A stretch of DNA of 28,682 nt from Bacilli bacterium (lineage in GTDB: Bacteria > Bacillota_I > Bacilli_A > RFN20 > CAG-826). The stretch lies in the NCBI GenBank assembly GCA_041667485.1, contig JBAYEZ010000001.1, positions 1-28,682 of the forward strand. The letters are read 5' to 3'. Within the stretch, counting starts at the first letter, position 1. Each line of letters starts with the position of its first letter. The position numbers and the translations under genes are program-made. A model generated the notes under the pieces. It saw nothing but the letters and a program-made list of their open reading frames with translations, had not been told where the DNA came from and made no database searches. This document shows, piece after piece, positions 1 to 9,485 of the stretch.

Positions 1-246
1 AAGCAAATCGGGCATCAAAGTCGGTTCCCCGCCCGTGACACAGACCGCATCAAGAACATTTTTTCTCTCACGGAGGTAAGTCATGATGTCTTCCCAAGGG
101 ATAGCCGGCGCGGTTTTGGGATTAAGGACCAAAGAAGAGTTATGGCAAAAAGGGCAGCGGAAATCGCAACCCGCCATAAAAAGAGTCGTCGTGATATTGT
201 CATCAAAATCTAAAAGGGAAAGTTTTTCCCAACCTGAAAAATCCAT
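1..246 (-). CDS. nrdG: Anaerobic ribonucleoside-triphosphate reductase activating protein (radical SAM), 5' part; runs off the window start
   Basis: Manual translation from ATG 246: MDFSGWEKLSLLDFDDNITTTLFMAGCDFRCPFCHNSSLVLNP...DAVCVTGGEPTLMPDLL. Contains CxxxCxxC and TGGEP, and the KLSLLD N-terminus typical of NrdG-type activases. Absent from the ORF track because there is no stop in the window. Confidence 0.88.
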   Translation of the reverse strand, partial: MDFSGWEKLSLLDFDDNITTTLFMAGCDFRCPFCHNSSLVLNPKTAPAIPWEDIMTYLRERKNVLDAVCVTGGEPTLMPDLL

Positions 247-809
247 GGTTTTATTATACGGCAAATAGCTACGAATGGACGAGGATTTGCTCGAAAGAAA
301 ACACGAGACATATTTTTGAGACTCTTTCAGGAATAGTCAAAAGGTTTTTCGAGCTTCAGCAAACGAACTACGATTCTTTTCGTTTTTGCGTTTCGACTTA
401 TCATTCGACCACCTTCGTCTTTTTTAACGCACGAATTTCAACAGTAATCGCTATGCTAATTGTTAAAACATACATTTAATGATTTTCTCTCCATCAACGC
501 CATAATCAAGCCGTGCCTTGCCACCAATGAGATAACATTAACGAGCCAACGCCAAAGCGACTATCACCATTGGCGCCAGCAAAATTGCTTCCCGTGTATT
601 CACCACCTCTTCGCTCGGGCGAAGCCGCTTTCCTATTTCATGACCTCTCGGCCCAATTTCAAGGGGGTTTAGGGAAAAGGAAAGCGTAATCGAGGCCCGA
701 TTTGCTTGGGTTTTCCGTTTTTTTTAGGGGCAAAGCAGACCCGAAGAGATTGTTTTGAAAACAATCCTTTTTTTAAAAAGAGAAAAAGGCCATAATAAGA
801 GGGCATTTT

Positions 810-1397
810 ATGTCATACCGCCACCTCGACAACATTGACGAAAAGATTATCGATGCCACTATCTTGGTCGGTTCGGCCAATGGAGCCAACAAACTTTCAA
901 CCAAAGCAATAGCCAAGGTTTGCGACATTTCCGAGTTCGTCATCTATGACCATTTTAAAAGTAAAGAGCATTTGCTCTCTAGCGCTGATCTCAAGGTGTC
1001 GCAGGCCTTCAACGACGCCGCGAGTGTCGCTTATGAGGCCAATCCTGATTTCATCGCGTTTTGGAATGCGATGGTCGATTATTCCCTCGCCAACGCCAGC
1101 TACACATCATTCTCAATCAATTATGGCTATTTCTTCCCCCGAACCAGCAAACCACAGGATTACGATGAGTTTTCGCAAAACATTATTTATCCTTTCGCCA
1201 AAACGATATTGGAAAAATGGGGCGTCTATTTCAATAAAGAATACCTCTATTCCTATAACTGGATGTGGCTGGTTCGATCGGTTCTCACCTACGCTCAATT
1301 CGTGATCGGCAAAAGCCTCGAGGATACCGCCGAGATTCGCAACTTCTCCTGTTTGCTTGCCCACAAAGGCTACCTCGCCTTCGCTCAGCACGAATAG
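810..1397 (+). CDS. TetR/AcrR family transcriptional regulator
   Basis: N-terminal HTH (KIIDATI...LSTKAIAKVCDISEFVIYDHFKSKEHL), 195 aa, with GAGGG upstream. Confidence 0.88.
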   Translation: MSYRHLDNIDEKIIDATILVGSANGANKLSTKAIAKVCDISEFVIYDHFKSKEHLLSSADLKVSQAFNDAASVAYEANPDFIAFWNAMVDYSLANASYTSFSINYGYFFPRTSKPQDYDEFSQNIIYPFAKTILEKWGVYFNKEYLYSYNWMWLVRSVLTYAQFVIGKSLEDTAEIRNFSCLLAHKGYLAFAQHE

Positions 1398-1434
1398 AAA
1401 AGAAGCACCGCCATTACGCAATGCTTCTTTTTTT
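1398..1434. terminator. Bidirectional intrinsic terminator between tetR and uraA
   Basis: AAAAGAAGCA-N14-TGCTTCTTTT with A/T tails, between convergent genes. Confidence 0.7.
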
Positions 1435-1442
1435 GTTTCGTC

Positions 1443-2963
1443 TTATTTCACGATTTCGCTCGAGATGGACTCACTCACCGATTCTTCCGCTTTGGGAGTC
1501 GCCGGCTTTTTCTTGTCTTTCAGAATCAAATTCATAATGATGCCAAGAATCATCGAAACCGCAATCGAAGTGATTTCGACCATGGGATTGTTCGCATCGC
1601 CAAACTTGAAGGCCAAACCACCAATGCCCGCGACCAAAATGACCGAGGCAACAAAGATGTTCTTTGTTTCGCCAAAATCAATCCGCTCGGAAATTAACAT
1701 CTTGACGCCGCTTGCGGCGATGAAACCATAGAGAATCAAACTGACACCGCCAGTGACACAAGCCGGAATCGTCATGGTGAAGGACATGAGTGGGCTCAAG
1801 AAGCCGAGGGCAATCGCAATCGCGCAAGCTAAAGCAATGACCTTAGTCGAAGCAATCTTCGTGACGCCGACGACCGCGACATTTTCACCATAGGTGGTGT
1901 TAGCAGCGCCGCATAAAGGTCCAGAGATTGCTGTGGCAACGCCATCGCCGATCAATGTTCGGGTCAAGCCAGGATCCGTAAGAAGATCACGATCCAGAAT
2001 GCCCGACATATTCTTATGATCACCAATGTGCTCACAAATGGTAACAAAGCTGACCGGCACGAAGAGAAGAGCGGCTTTGCCGACATCGGCCCAAGACAAA
2101 CTGACCGAAGAATCGCTAAGCAAGAAGAGGAATTTCGGATAATCGAGGAACGACTGGAACCGGAGCGGGACAAAGTCGGTCACGAGAGAAGAGAAGTCGA
2201 TGACTTTGAGGTAATCAGTGTTAGTCCCGTAGCCAATCGCCGTGAAGAGGCAAGCTGCCAGATAGCCAGCAGCCATGCCGATGATAAACGGAATCAAGGC
2301 GACGGTGCCCTTTCCATAATGGGCCGCGAGAGCAGTCGCCGTCATCGCAATCAAACCGCAGATGATGTAAATAAAATTGTAACCACCCGTCGTATAAACG
2401 CCCGTCAAATTGCCAACCGCGCTGCTCGCTAACGAAAGGCCGATGACCATAATGACCGGCCCAACCACAATCGGCGGAAGCAACTTATTGAGCCAGCCCA
2501 CGCCGAAGAGCTTAATGAGGAGCGCAACGAGGCAGTAGATGCAACCCACCATCGCCATGCCAATCGGCAAAATCCAAAGGTTCGGCATCATCATCGCAAC
2601 GCCATTGATCACGACGGGGCTACCGCCATCCATCAAGGGGATTGCGCCGATACCGATCGCGGCTTCCATCGGAGCCATGTAGGCGAAACTCGAAGCCAAG
2701 AACATCGGAGATTTGAATTTCGTCATGAGGAGGTAGAAAAGGGTGCCAATGCCCGCCGCCACAATCGTTGGGCCGACCAAGACGCTGACGAGGCTGACAA
2801 AGGATCCGCCGACCTTCACGGCATACGGCGCATACACGATTAACGGCACGGTGATGCAAGCCACAAACATAGCCAACACGTGCTGCAAGGCCAAAATAAA
2901 GGCCTGCCCCTTGCTCTTGGGGAATTCGTTGACGTCGAGCAACATTCGCTTCTCGCTCTGCAT
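1443..2963 (-). CDS. uraA: Uracil/xanthine permease (NAT/NCS2 family), uracil type
   Basis: QHVLAMF at TM1, CEHIGD, and NTTYGENVAVVGVTK (NAT motif with Glu, as in UraA/PyrP); many TM segments; SD GGAAAGG. Confidence 0.9.
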   Translation of the reverse strand: MQSEKRMLLDVNEFPKSKGQAFILALQHVLAMFVACITVPLIVYAPYAVKVGGSFVSLVSVLVGPTIVAAGIGTLFYLLMTKFKSPMFLASSFAYMAPMEAAIGIGAIPLMDGGSPVVINGVAMMMPNLWILPIGMAMVGCIYCLVALLIKLFGVGWLNKLLPPIVVGPVIMVIGLSLASSAVGNLTGVYTTGGYNFIYIICGLIAMTATALAAHYGKGTVALIPFIIGMAAGYLAACLFTAIGYGTNTDYLKVIDFSSLVTDFVPLRFQSFLDYPKFLFLLSDSSVSLSWADVGKAALLFVPVSFVTICEHIGDHKNMSGILDRDLLTDPGLTRTLIGDGVATAISGPLCGAANTTYGENVAVVGVTKIASTKVIALACAIAIALGFLSPLMSFTMTIPACVTGGVSLILYGFIAASGVKMLISERIDFGETKNIFVASVILVAGIGGLAFKFGDANNPMVEITSIAVSMILGIIMNLILKDKKKPATPKAEESVSESISSEIVK

Positions 2964-2980
2964 AAGAGCTCCTTTCCGCC

Positions 2981-3010
2981 AAGAAAAAAGGACTAGTCGA
3001 TCTAGTCCTT
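2981..3010 (-). terminator. Attenuator-like intrinsic terminator directly upstream of the uraA RBS
   Basis: Minus strand reads AAGGACTAG-ATCGA-CTAGTCCTT-TTTTCTT, ending 17 nt before the uraA ATG. Confidence 0.8.
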
Positions 3011-3103
3011 AATTCGATGACGATTTCCGGCAGTGACGACCGCGGGGATACAGAGGAAACTCCCCTCCATGAGAGTGGGATTTTTTCCTCGGTTATTTCG
3101 CAT
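3002..3103 (-). CDS. Putative 33-aa leader peptide of uraA (MRNNRGKNPTLMEGSFLCIPAVVTAGNRHRIKD)
   Basis: Manual translation; SD-like AAGGCGG 7 nt before the ATG; the TAG stop lies in the 5' arm of the terminator. It could be a chance ORF. Confidence 0.3.
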   Translation of the reverse strand: MRNNRGKNPTLMEGSFLCIPAVVTAGNRHRIKD

Positions 3104-3124
3104 GTCTTGTCCGCCTTCGGAAAG

Positions 3125-3152
3125 AGTCTATCGGAGTGCGAATTTCTTTCAA
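3125..3152 (-). promoter_or_regulatory. Putative sigma-A promoter of the uraA leader
   Basis: TTGAAA-N16-TAGACT on the minus strand, downstream of the guaB terminator. Confidence 0.45.
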
Positions 3153-3270
3153 GCAAAATAAGTTTTTTCGTCTTTGAAAGCGATTAGCATTTCTTTTTTC
3201 TTTCCTGATAAGCTACAATAATAGACTTGCTTCTTGAGAGATAATGAAATATAGATTTTCGAGCGAAGAT

Positions 3271-3314
3271 AAAAAGAAAACAAAAAGCGGAATCCCTCAT
3301 TAAGTATCCGCTTT
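3271..3314 (-). terminator. Intrinsic terminator of guaB
   Basis: AAAGCGGA-N15-TCCGCTTT followed by a T-rich tail on the minus strand. Confidence 0.6.
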
Positions 3315-3328
3315 ATTTCGATGCCGTC

Positions 3329-4801
3329 TTACTTTTCGACTTGGTAATTCGGGCTTTCTTTCGTGATATCGATATCGTGCGGATGGCTCTCTTTGAGCGA
3401 AGCTTGGGTGATCTTGATGAATTTGCCGTATTTGGCGAGATCGGCGGTATTATCGACCCCGAGGTAACCCATGCCTGAACGGAGACCGCCGAGCAACTCA
3501 AAGATCACATCACTGACGTTGCCCCGATAGGGAACCCGACCTTCGACGCCTTCAGGAACCAGCTTCCGATGCGCATCCTGGAAATAACGGTCCGCACTGC
3601 CGTGCGCTTGCTCCATCGCTCCCAAAGAACCCATGCCGCGATAGACCTTGTATTTGCGACCCATGTAGAGCTCCGTTGCCCCTGGCGCCTCTTCGCAACC
3701 GCCGAAGATCGCTCCCATCATAACGCTATTGGCGCCAGCGGCTAAGGCCTTGGTGATGTCGCCGCTATATTTGATGCCGCCATCGGCGATGATCGGACAA
3801 TGATACTCTTTCGCAGCCTTCGAAGTCTCAAAAATCGCGGTGATCTGGGGGACGCCCATGCCTGAAATAATTCGGGTTGTGCAAATCGAGCCAGGCCCCA
3901 TTCCAACTTTGACCGCATCCGCTCCCGCTTCCATTAAATCGCGGGCCCCTTCGTAAGTGGCGACGTTGCCAGCGATGATGTCTGTATGGGGAAAACTCTT
4001 CTTCAAAAGCTTTAATGCGGCAATGACGTTTTTGCTGTCGCCATGAGCACTATCGAGCGCCAAAATGTCGACGCCCGCATCGACCAAAGCTTGGGCCCGC
4101 GCCAAGAGATCTTTGGTGATGCCAACGCCCGCTCCGCAGAGGAGCCGACCATACTTATCTTTGGCTGCCAAAGGATATTGTTTGATTTTCTCAATATCTT
4201 TGACGGTGATTAAGCCGCAGAGTTTGCCTTCTTTATCGACGAGAGGAAGCTTTTCTTTCTTGCTGTCGGCCAAAATCGCCTCCGCTTCAAGAATCGTCGT
4301 TCCCTCTTTGCCCGTCACGAGCGGAGTCGGGGTCATCACTTCGGCGACTGATTTGCTGTAATCAGGCTCGAACTTAAGATCGCGGTTTGTGATGATTCCA
4401 ATCAAGTGGTTTTCCTTATCGACGACGGGAATGCCGGAAATATGGTACTTGGCCATCAGAGACAAGACTTCGGAGAGTTTCTTATCTTTTGTGACCGTAA
4501 TCGGGTTCTTGATGACCCCGTTCTCGCTGCGTTTCACCTTGTCGACTTCCTCGGCTTGTCGCTCGATCGTCATATTTTTGTGAATAATGCCAATTCCGCC
4601 TTCCCGAGCGAGGGCAATGGCCATCTGACTTTCAGTGACGGTGTCCATCGCGGCCGACAAGAACGGAATATTGAGGGTGATGTGTTTACTGAGTTGGGTT
4701 TTGAGCGTCACCATATCGGGAGTGACTTCGCTATAGCGCGGCAAAAGAAGCACGTCGTCGAAAGTAATGCCTTCCCCCACGATTTTCTCGTCTTTTTCCA
4801 T
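3329..4801 (-). CDS. guaB: IMP dehydrogenase with CBS domains
   Basis: [18 protein letters not shown], catalytic loop [23 protein letters not shown]. Confidence 0.98.
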   Translation of the reverse strand: MEKDEKIVGEGITFDDVLLLPRYSEVTPDMVTLKTQLSKHITLNIPFLSAAMDTVTESQMAIALAREGGIGIIHKNMTIERQAEEVDKVKRSENGVIKNPITVTKDKKLSEVLSLMAKYHISGIPVVDKENHLIGIITNRDLKFEPDYSKSVAEVMTPTPLVTGKEGTTILEAEAILADSKKEKLPLVDKEGKLCGLITVKDIEKIKQYPLAAKDKYGRLLCGAGVGITKDLLARAQALVDAGVDILALDSAHGDSKNVIAALKLLKKSFPHTDIIAGNVATYEGARDLMEAGADAVKVGMGPGSICTTRIISGMGVPQITAIFETSKAAKEYHCPIIADGGIKYSGDITKALAAGANSVMMGAIFGGCEEAPGATELYMGRKYKVYRGMGSLGAMEQAHGSADRYFQDAHRKLVPEGVEGRVPYRGNVSDVIFELLGGLRSGMGYLGVDNTADLAKYGKFIKITQASLKESHPHDIDITKESPNYQVEK

Positions 4802-4881
4802 AGTCTATGTTCCTTTCCGAAAAATAGAAAATTCGGAAGCTCCTTTAAATAATTATACGGAGTCGGAAGGCGATGAGAGAT

Positions 4882-4920
4882 AAAAAATAAGGAAAACGCT
4901 TCCAAGAACGGGAAGCGTTT
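4882..4920 (-). terminator. Hairpin/terminator after guaA
   Basis: 10-bp inverted repeat AAACGCTTCC-N7-GGAAGCGTTT, then TCCTTATTTTTT on the minus strand. Confidence 0.6.
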
Positions 4921-4949
4921 CTAACCATTTTTTATATAAAAAATGCCGT

Positions 4950-6485
4950 TTATTCAAGTTCGATAGTCGATGGGGGCTTAGAGGTGAAATCATAGAGAAC
5001 CCGGTTCACACCTTTGACTTCGTTGACGATCCGATCGGAAACCGTCGTCAGGATATCATAAGGGAGTTCAACCGGCTTCGCCGTCATGAAATCATCGGTT
5101 TCCACGGCTCGAAGCACAACGGCATAATCGTAAGTTCTTGAATCGCCCATCACGCCGACGCTCCGCATGTTGCTGAGGGCGGCAAAGTATTGCGATGGTC
5201 GCTTCTCGAGCGAAAGTTTGGCCATTTCTTCGCGAAAAATGGCATCGGCATCTTGGACGATCTTAATCTTCTCACGGGTGACTTCGCCGATGATGCGGAT
5301 CGCTAAGCCTGGCCCGGGGAAGGGTTGCCGGTAAACGAGTTCATTCGGCAGACCCAGCAAAAGTCCAACTTCACGAACTTCGTCTTTAAAGAGATTATTC
5401 AAAGGCTCAACAATCCCGTCAAAATCAATATCTTTTGGAAGACCGCCAACGTTATGGTGCGACTTGATTTTGGCCGAGACGCCCAAACCACTTTCAATCC
5501 GGTCCGGATAGATGGTCCCCTGAGCTAAATAACGGGCTTCGGGGATGCTCTTGCGGACTTCGACAAAGGAATCGATAAAGGTTTTGCCAATGATTTTGCG
5601 TTTTTCTTCAGGCTCGCTAATGCCTGCTAAACGGCTTAAGAAAAGTTCGGAGCGATCGATCGAAATGAAGTTGAGCGAGAAGCGTGAGACATCACCAAAA
5701 ACCTTTTTGACCTGTTCAGCCTCGCCTTTGCGGAGGAGACCATGATCGACGAAAACACAAGTCAAATTCGAACCGATGGCTTTCTCGATCAGGGTCGCGG
5801 TGACCGCCGAATCGACGCCACCCGAGAGAGCACACAAGACTTTTTTATCTCCAACTTTTGCTCGAATTTCCTCAATTTTATCTTGAACGAACGAATCGCT
5901 CTTCCAACTAGAATCACAGCCACAAATGCGATAAACAAAATTCTCCAACATCCGTTGACCTTCTTCGCTATGAACCACTTCCGGATGGAACTGGGTCGCA
6001 TAGAGTTTGCAAGACGCGTTTTCAAAAGCCGCGTTGGGGCAACTCGCACTCGAAGCCGTGCGGAGAAAGCCAGTTGGCAAGGCGGTCGTTTGATCATTAT
6101 GCGACATGAAGACGCTATTGATTTTATCGATGTTTTGAAACAAAAGAGACGAGTTCTGCAGGGTTATTTGTGTTTTTCCGTATTCGCTGTGTGGAGCCGG
6201 TGCCACCTTGCCGCCGAGTTCGTACGCCATCAATTGCGCACCATAGCAAATGCCAAGCAAAGGCTTGCCTAAAGCGAAAATTTCTGGATCGACGTGGGGC
6301 GAAGCCGCTTTATAAACCGAATTGGGACCGCCGGTGAAAATAATGCCTTTAATCTCGGGATCGGCGAGTACGCTTAAAGGCGTTGTGAAGGGGAGCACTT
6401 CCGAATAAACGTGGCATTGACGAATCCGCCGCGCAATAAGTTGATTGTATTGGCCCCCGAAATCCAAGACGATGATTTTCTGCAT
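4950..6485 (-). CDS. guaA: GMP synthase (glutamine-hydrolysing)
   Basis: LDFGGQY, LGICYG, QFHPE, LSGGVDS, KSHHNVGG, PFPGPGL, KPPSTIELE. Confidence 0.98.
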   Translation of the reverse strand: MQKIIVLDFGGQYNQLIARRIRQCHVYSEVLPFTTPLSVLADPEIKGIIFTGGPNSVYKAASPHVDPEIFALGKPLLGICYGAQLMAYELGGKVAPAPHSEYGKTQITLQNSSLLFQNIDKINSVFMSHNDQTTALPTGFLRTASSASCPNAAFENASCKLYATQFHPEVVHSEEGQRMLENFVYRICGCDSSWKSDSFVQDKIEEIRAKVGDKKVLCALSGGVDSAVTATLIEKAIGSNLTCVFVDHGLLRKGEAEQVKKVFGDVSRFSLNFISIDRSELFLSRLAGISEPEEKRKIIGKTFIDSFVEVRKSIPEARYLAQGTIYPDRIESGLGVSAKIKSHHNVGGLPKDIDFDGIVEPLNNLFKDEVREVGLLLGLPNELVYRQPFPGPGLAIRIIGEVTREKIKIVQDADAIFREEMAKLSLEKRPSQYFAALSNMRSVGVMGDSRTYDYAVVLRAVETDDFMTAKPVELPYDILTTVSDRIVNEVKGVNRVLYDFTSKPPSTIELE

Positions 6486-6515
6486 TTAGTTTCTCCTTAA
6501 TTTGAGGTTTATCAC

Positions 6516-7037
6516 CTATTTGACCGCAGAAAGAGTAAGCAAAGAGCGGAATGGGATATCCAAGGCCTTCTCGCCTTGAAGCTCCTTCAGATAGATGACA
6601 ACCATCGCGGCAACCGGATCCCCGCCAAGCTTCCGGATAAGATCTTCCATCGCCTTGAGGCTGCCACCGGTAGCAATCAAATCGTCGACAAGAAGAACGC
6701 GATCGCCTTTCTTAAATGAATTGAGCGGAACTTCCAGAGTAGCGGTACCGTATTCGAGTGTGTAACTCACCGCGGCAGTCATACCGGGAAGTTTACCAGC
6801 TTTTCGCGCCATCACGAAACCAATACCCATCTTATAAGCCAAGGCCGCGCCGAAGATAAAACCGCGAGATTCTGGCCCCAAAATGACGGTAGGATGAAAG
6901 GGCTCTGCCAGTTTGGCGAAATCATCGATGCATTGATGGAAAGCTTCAGGATCACGAATCAAAGGCGAAATATCCTTAAAGGATATCCCAGGTTTCGGAA
7001 ACCCATTCACAACAGAAATGTACTTCTCGTAATCCAT
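6516..7037 (-). CDS. apt: Adenine phosphoribosyltransferase
   Basis: FPKPGISFKDI, GPESRGF, RKAGKLPG, YTLEYG, VDDLIATGGS. Confidence 0.97.
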   Translation of the reverse strand: MDYEKYISVVNGFPKPGISFKDISPLIRDPEAFHQCIDDFAKLAEPFHPTVILGPESRGFIFGAALAYKMGIGFVMARKAGKLPGMTAAVSYTLEYGTATLEVPLNSFKKGDRVLLVDDLIATGGSLKAMEDLIRKLGGDPVAAMVVIYLKELQGEKALDIPFRSLLTLSAVK

Positions 7038-7121
7038 AGTTAAACTCCTTTGGGAAGGGGATTAAACCCCGAATTGGAAAACAACGTTCTTTATTCTATT
7101 GTTTCTTCGTTCATCTTGCTA

Positions 7122-7709
7122 CTAGTGCGGCAATTTTTCGTCCACAAAAAGGACTTTGCCGCGATCGAAGCCCGCCACATCGGCTCCACTGCGAACAGGA
7201 ATGCCCATCGCATTGAGTTTGGCGTGACCACCCTGAAAACTTTTTTCAACGGCGACGGCGACTCCTTCAACCTGGGCTCCCGCTTGTTGACAGAGCTCAA
7301 CAAGACCGAGCGAAGCATTACCTTCAGCTAAAAAATCATCAACAATAAGAACTTTTTCGCCTTTCTTAAGAAAACGCTTATCGATTGTAATCGGGGAAAC
7401 GATGCCACGGGTAAACGATTTCACGTTGGCGATATAGACGTTGGTGGCATCGACAATTTTCGATTTGCTCTTTTTGGCAAAGACAACGGGAACGTCGCCC
7501 AAAAGTTGAGCGGCCACCACCGCAAAGGCAATGCCGCTCGTCTCGACGGTCACGACTTTATCAATCGAATGGAAAGGCTCAACCAAATAGGTACAAATGC
7601 GGCGAAGCAAGCCGGTGTCAATCTGATGGTTGATGAAAGAATCCACTTTTAGAATTTCGTTATCAATCACGATGCCGTCGGATTGAATTCGCTCCTCGAG
7701 TTCTTGCAT
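7122..7709 (-). CDS. xpt: Xanthine phosphoribosyltransferase
   Basis: ILKVDSFINHQID, TVETSGIA, FAKK, IVDDFLAEG, AVEKSFQGG. Confidence 0.95.
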   Translation of the reverse strand: MQELEERIQSDGIVIDNEILKVDSFINHQIDTGLLRRICTYLVEPFHSIDKVVTVETSGIAFAVVAAQLLGDVPVVFAKKSKSKIVDATNVYIANVKSFTRGIVSPITIDKRFLKKGEKVLIVDDFLAEGNASLGLVELCQQAGAQVEGVAVAVEKSFQGGHAKLNAMGIPVRSGADVAGFDRGKVLFVDEKLPH

Positions 7710-7901
7710 AAAGAGAAAGGCTCCTTTATAAACAATTCATTCATTTTAGCTGAGAGAAAATAAAAAACGAGACGCGTTTTATCATTATTTATAAAGTATA
7801 TAAATAAGCCATTCTCGGAGAGCGCTTTCATGGTCTTCCGCAACCGCATTTGATACCCAAAAACGAAAAAGGTTGCGATAATGGAAGTGCCAAAAATTGG
7901 C

Positions 7902-7970
7902 ATTCGTATATTCTCCCTAATCGGTGGGACCGTCTCTACGCCAGGACCATATAATCCAGGCACTACGAAT
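7902..7970 (+). promoter_or_regulatory. Purine riboswitch aptamer with guanine signature (C74)
   Basis: P1 ATTCGTA/TACGAAT; J2/3 GTCTCTAC; L2 GG and L3 CC kissing bases; J3/1 AC with the specificity base C at 7963; lies upstream of a purine-type ABC importer. Confidence 0.88.
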
Positions 7971-7971
7971 C

Positions 7972-7998
7972 AAACCAAAAGAACTTTATGGTTTTTTT
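7972..7998 (+). terminator. Expression-platform terminator of the riboswitch
   Basis: AAACCA-AAAG-AA-CTTT-A-TGGTTT followed by a T run, immediately after P1. Confidence 0.55.
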
Positions 7999-8059
7999 GT
8001 CTTTGAGGAGATCGTTTTCCATTTTCATAGGAAGAAAATGCGAGAAAAGGATCAAAGGC

Positions 8060-9421
8060 ATGAAAAACCATTTGAATGTCGTCTTGTTCTCCCTCATCGC
8101 TGCGGCCGGAGCTACTTTGCTCGCTGGCTGCGGGCCCGCCACTGCTTCATCGGCAAACGGATCGGCTTCGGGGGCTCCCACCACTTCGGCGCCCGCTTCG
8201 AAGAAAATTGGCGTCGTCCTCATCGGCGATGCAACCGAAGGTTACAGCGCAGCTCACATTGATGGCATCAACGAGGCCGCGGCAGAATTAGGCATTTCCG
8301 ACCGTCTCCTCTACAAATACAAAGTTCAAGAAGACGATGGCTGCAAGACTGCCATCGATGATTTGGTCAGTGAAGATTGCGGCTTAATCATCTCCAACAG
8401 CTATGGTCACCAAGACTACATGGCCCCGGCCGCCAAAGCCAACAAAGACGTCACCTTCATCTCGATGACTGGCGACTACGCCGCCGTTTCGAAGATCAGT
8501 AATTTTAAGAATGCTTTTGTCTCGATTTATGAAGCTCGCTACGTCTCGGGCATCGTCGCTGGCATGAAATTAAAAGAATTAGCGGATGGCAACAAGCTCG
8601 ACACCACCTTCAACCAAGATGGGAATGGCAACTGGAAAATCGGCTACGTCGGAGCTTATAAGTACTCCGAAGTCGTCTCGGGCTACACCGCCTTCTATCT
8701 CGGCGTCAAATCCGTCATCTCAAATGTCGTCATGAAGGTACAGTTCACCAATTCGTGGTTCGATATCTCTGGCGAAGGCGCCGCTGCCGACGCTTTGGTC
8801 AAGAATGGCTGCGTCGTGATTGGCCAACATGCCGATTCGACTGGCGCTCCGGCCAAAGTCCAGTCCCTCTTAGGCACGGCGCGGGCTGATGATGCCACAA
8901 AAAAGTATGTCTGCTATTCCGTAGGCTTCAATATTGATATGATTCCGACCGCCAAAGATGCCGCTTTAACCTCAGCCATCAATATTTGGAAGGTCTATTA
9001 CAAGTACGCGTTCACCCAATACCTCAACGGCCGAACGATCGACACCGATTGGTGCAAAGGCTATGCCGATGGCGCGGTTGGCACTTCGACGCTCAATACG
9101 TCTTGTGCCGCTGGTACCCAAGCCGCCGTTGATACCGCAGTTGCTGCGATCAAAGCCGGCACTCTCCACGTCTTCAACACCGCGAATTTCACTGTGGGCG
9201 GCAAGACGCTCACCAGCGCGATTATCGATCTTTCGCACTACGATTACAGCACCGGCAGCGCCCAGCTTGTTTACGAAGGCGACAAAGTCGAAGCAATCAA
9301 GAAAGACGGCGACGTCTCCTTCTTCTCTGAGAGCACGCTCCGTTCCGCTCCGTACTTCAACGTCGGCGTTGATTCCTCCTTCGCCCTCATCGATGTCGAT
9401 GGCATTTCGGTTCTGAGCTGA
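8060..9421 (+). CDS. BMP-family ABC transporter substrate-binding lipoprotein (purine nucleoside/base)
   Basis: Start reassigned to ATG 8060 (AAAGG upstream); signal peptide with lipobox LAGC; Ser/Thr/Ala linker; IGYVGA, SWFD, QHADST motifs. Confidence 0.88.
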   Translation: MKNHLNVVLFSLIAAAGATLLAGCGPATASSANGSASGAPTTSAPASKKIGVVLIGDATEGYSAAHIDGINEAAAELGISDRLLYKYKVQEDDGCKTAIDDLVSEDCGLIISNSYGHQDYMAPAAKANKDVTFISMTGDYAAVSKISNFKNAFVSIYEARYVSGIVAGMKLKELADGNKLDTTFNQDGNGNWKIGYVGAYKYSEVVSGYTAFYLGVKSVISNVVMKVQFTNSWFDISGEGAAADALVKNGCVVIGQHADSTGAPAKVQSLLGTARADDATKKYVCYSVGFNIDMIPTAKDAALTSAINIWKVYYKYAFTQYLNGRTIDTDWCKGYADGAVGTSTLNTSCAAGTQAAVDTAVAAIKAGTLHVFNTANFTVGGKTLTSAIIDLSHYDYSTGSAQLVYEGDKVEAIKKDGDVSFFSESTLRSAPYFNVGVDSSFALIDVDGISVLS

Positions 9422-9440
9422 TTCTCCACCAAGCTTTTTG

Positions 9441-9463
9441 GGAAGGGGCTAACCGCCCCTTCC
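9441..9463 (+). other. Intercistronic GC-rich stem-loop after the binding-protein gene
   Basis: GGAAGGGGC-TAACC-GCCCCTTCC, a 9-bp stem followed by TTCTTCGTT. Confidence 0.65.
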
Positions 9464-9485
9464 TTCTTCGTTATTAAGGAATCTC

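Noticed and set aside
420-672. Possible small genes between nrdG and tetR (track ORF 460-672; minus-strand VNTREAILLAPMVIVALALAR*CYLIGGKARLDYGVDGEKIIKCMF)
   Set aside because: No properly spaced SD, an internal stop and no family resemblance. It may be a remnant but cannot be supported. No riboswitch consensus was recognised either.
3020-3045. GGTCGTCACTGCCGGAA in the uraA leader resembles the 5' part of a ZTP riboswitch
   Set aside because: The essential downstream GCCGACCGCCUGGGC hairpin and the GUGG/CCAC stem are absent.
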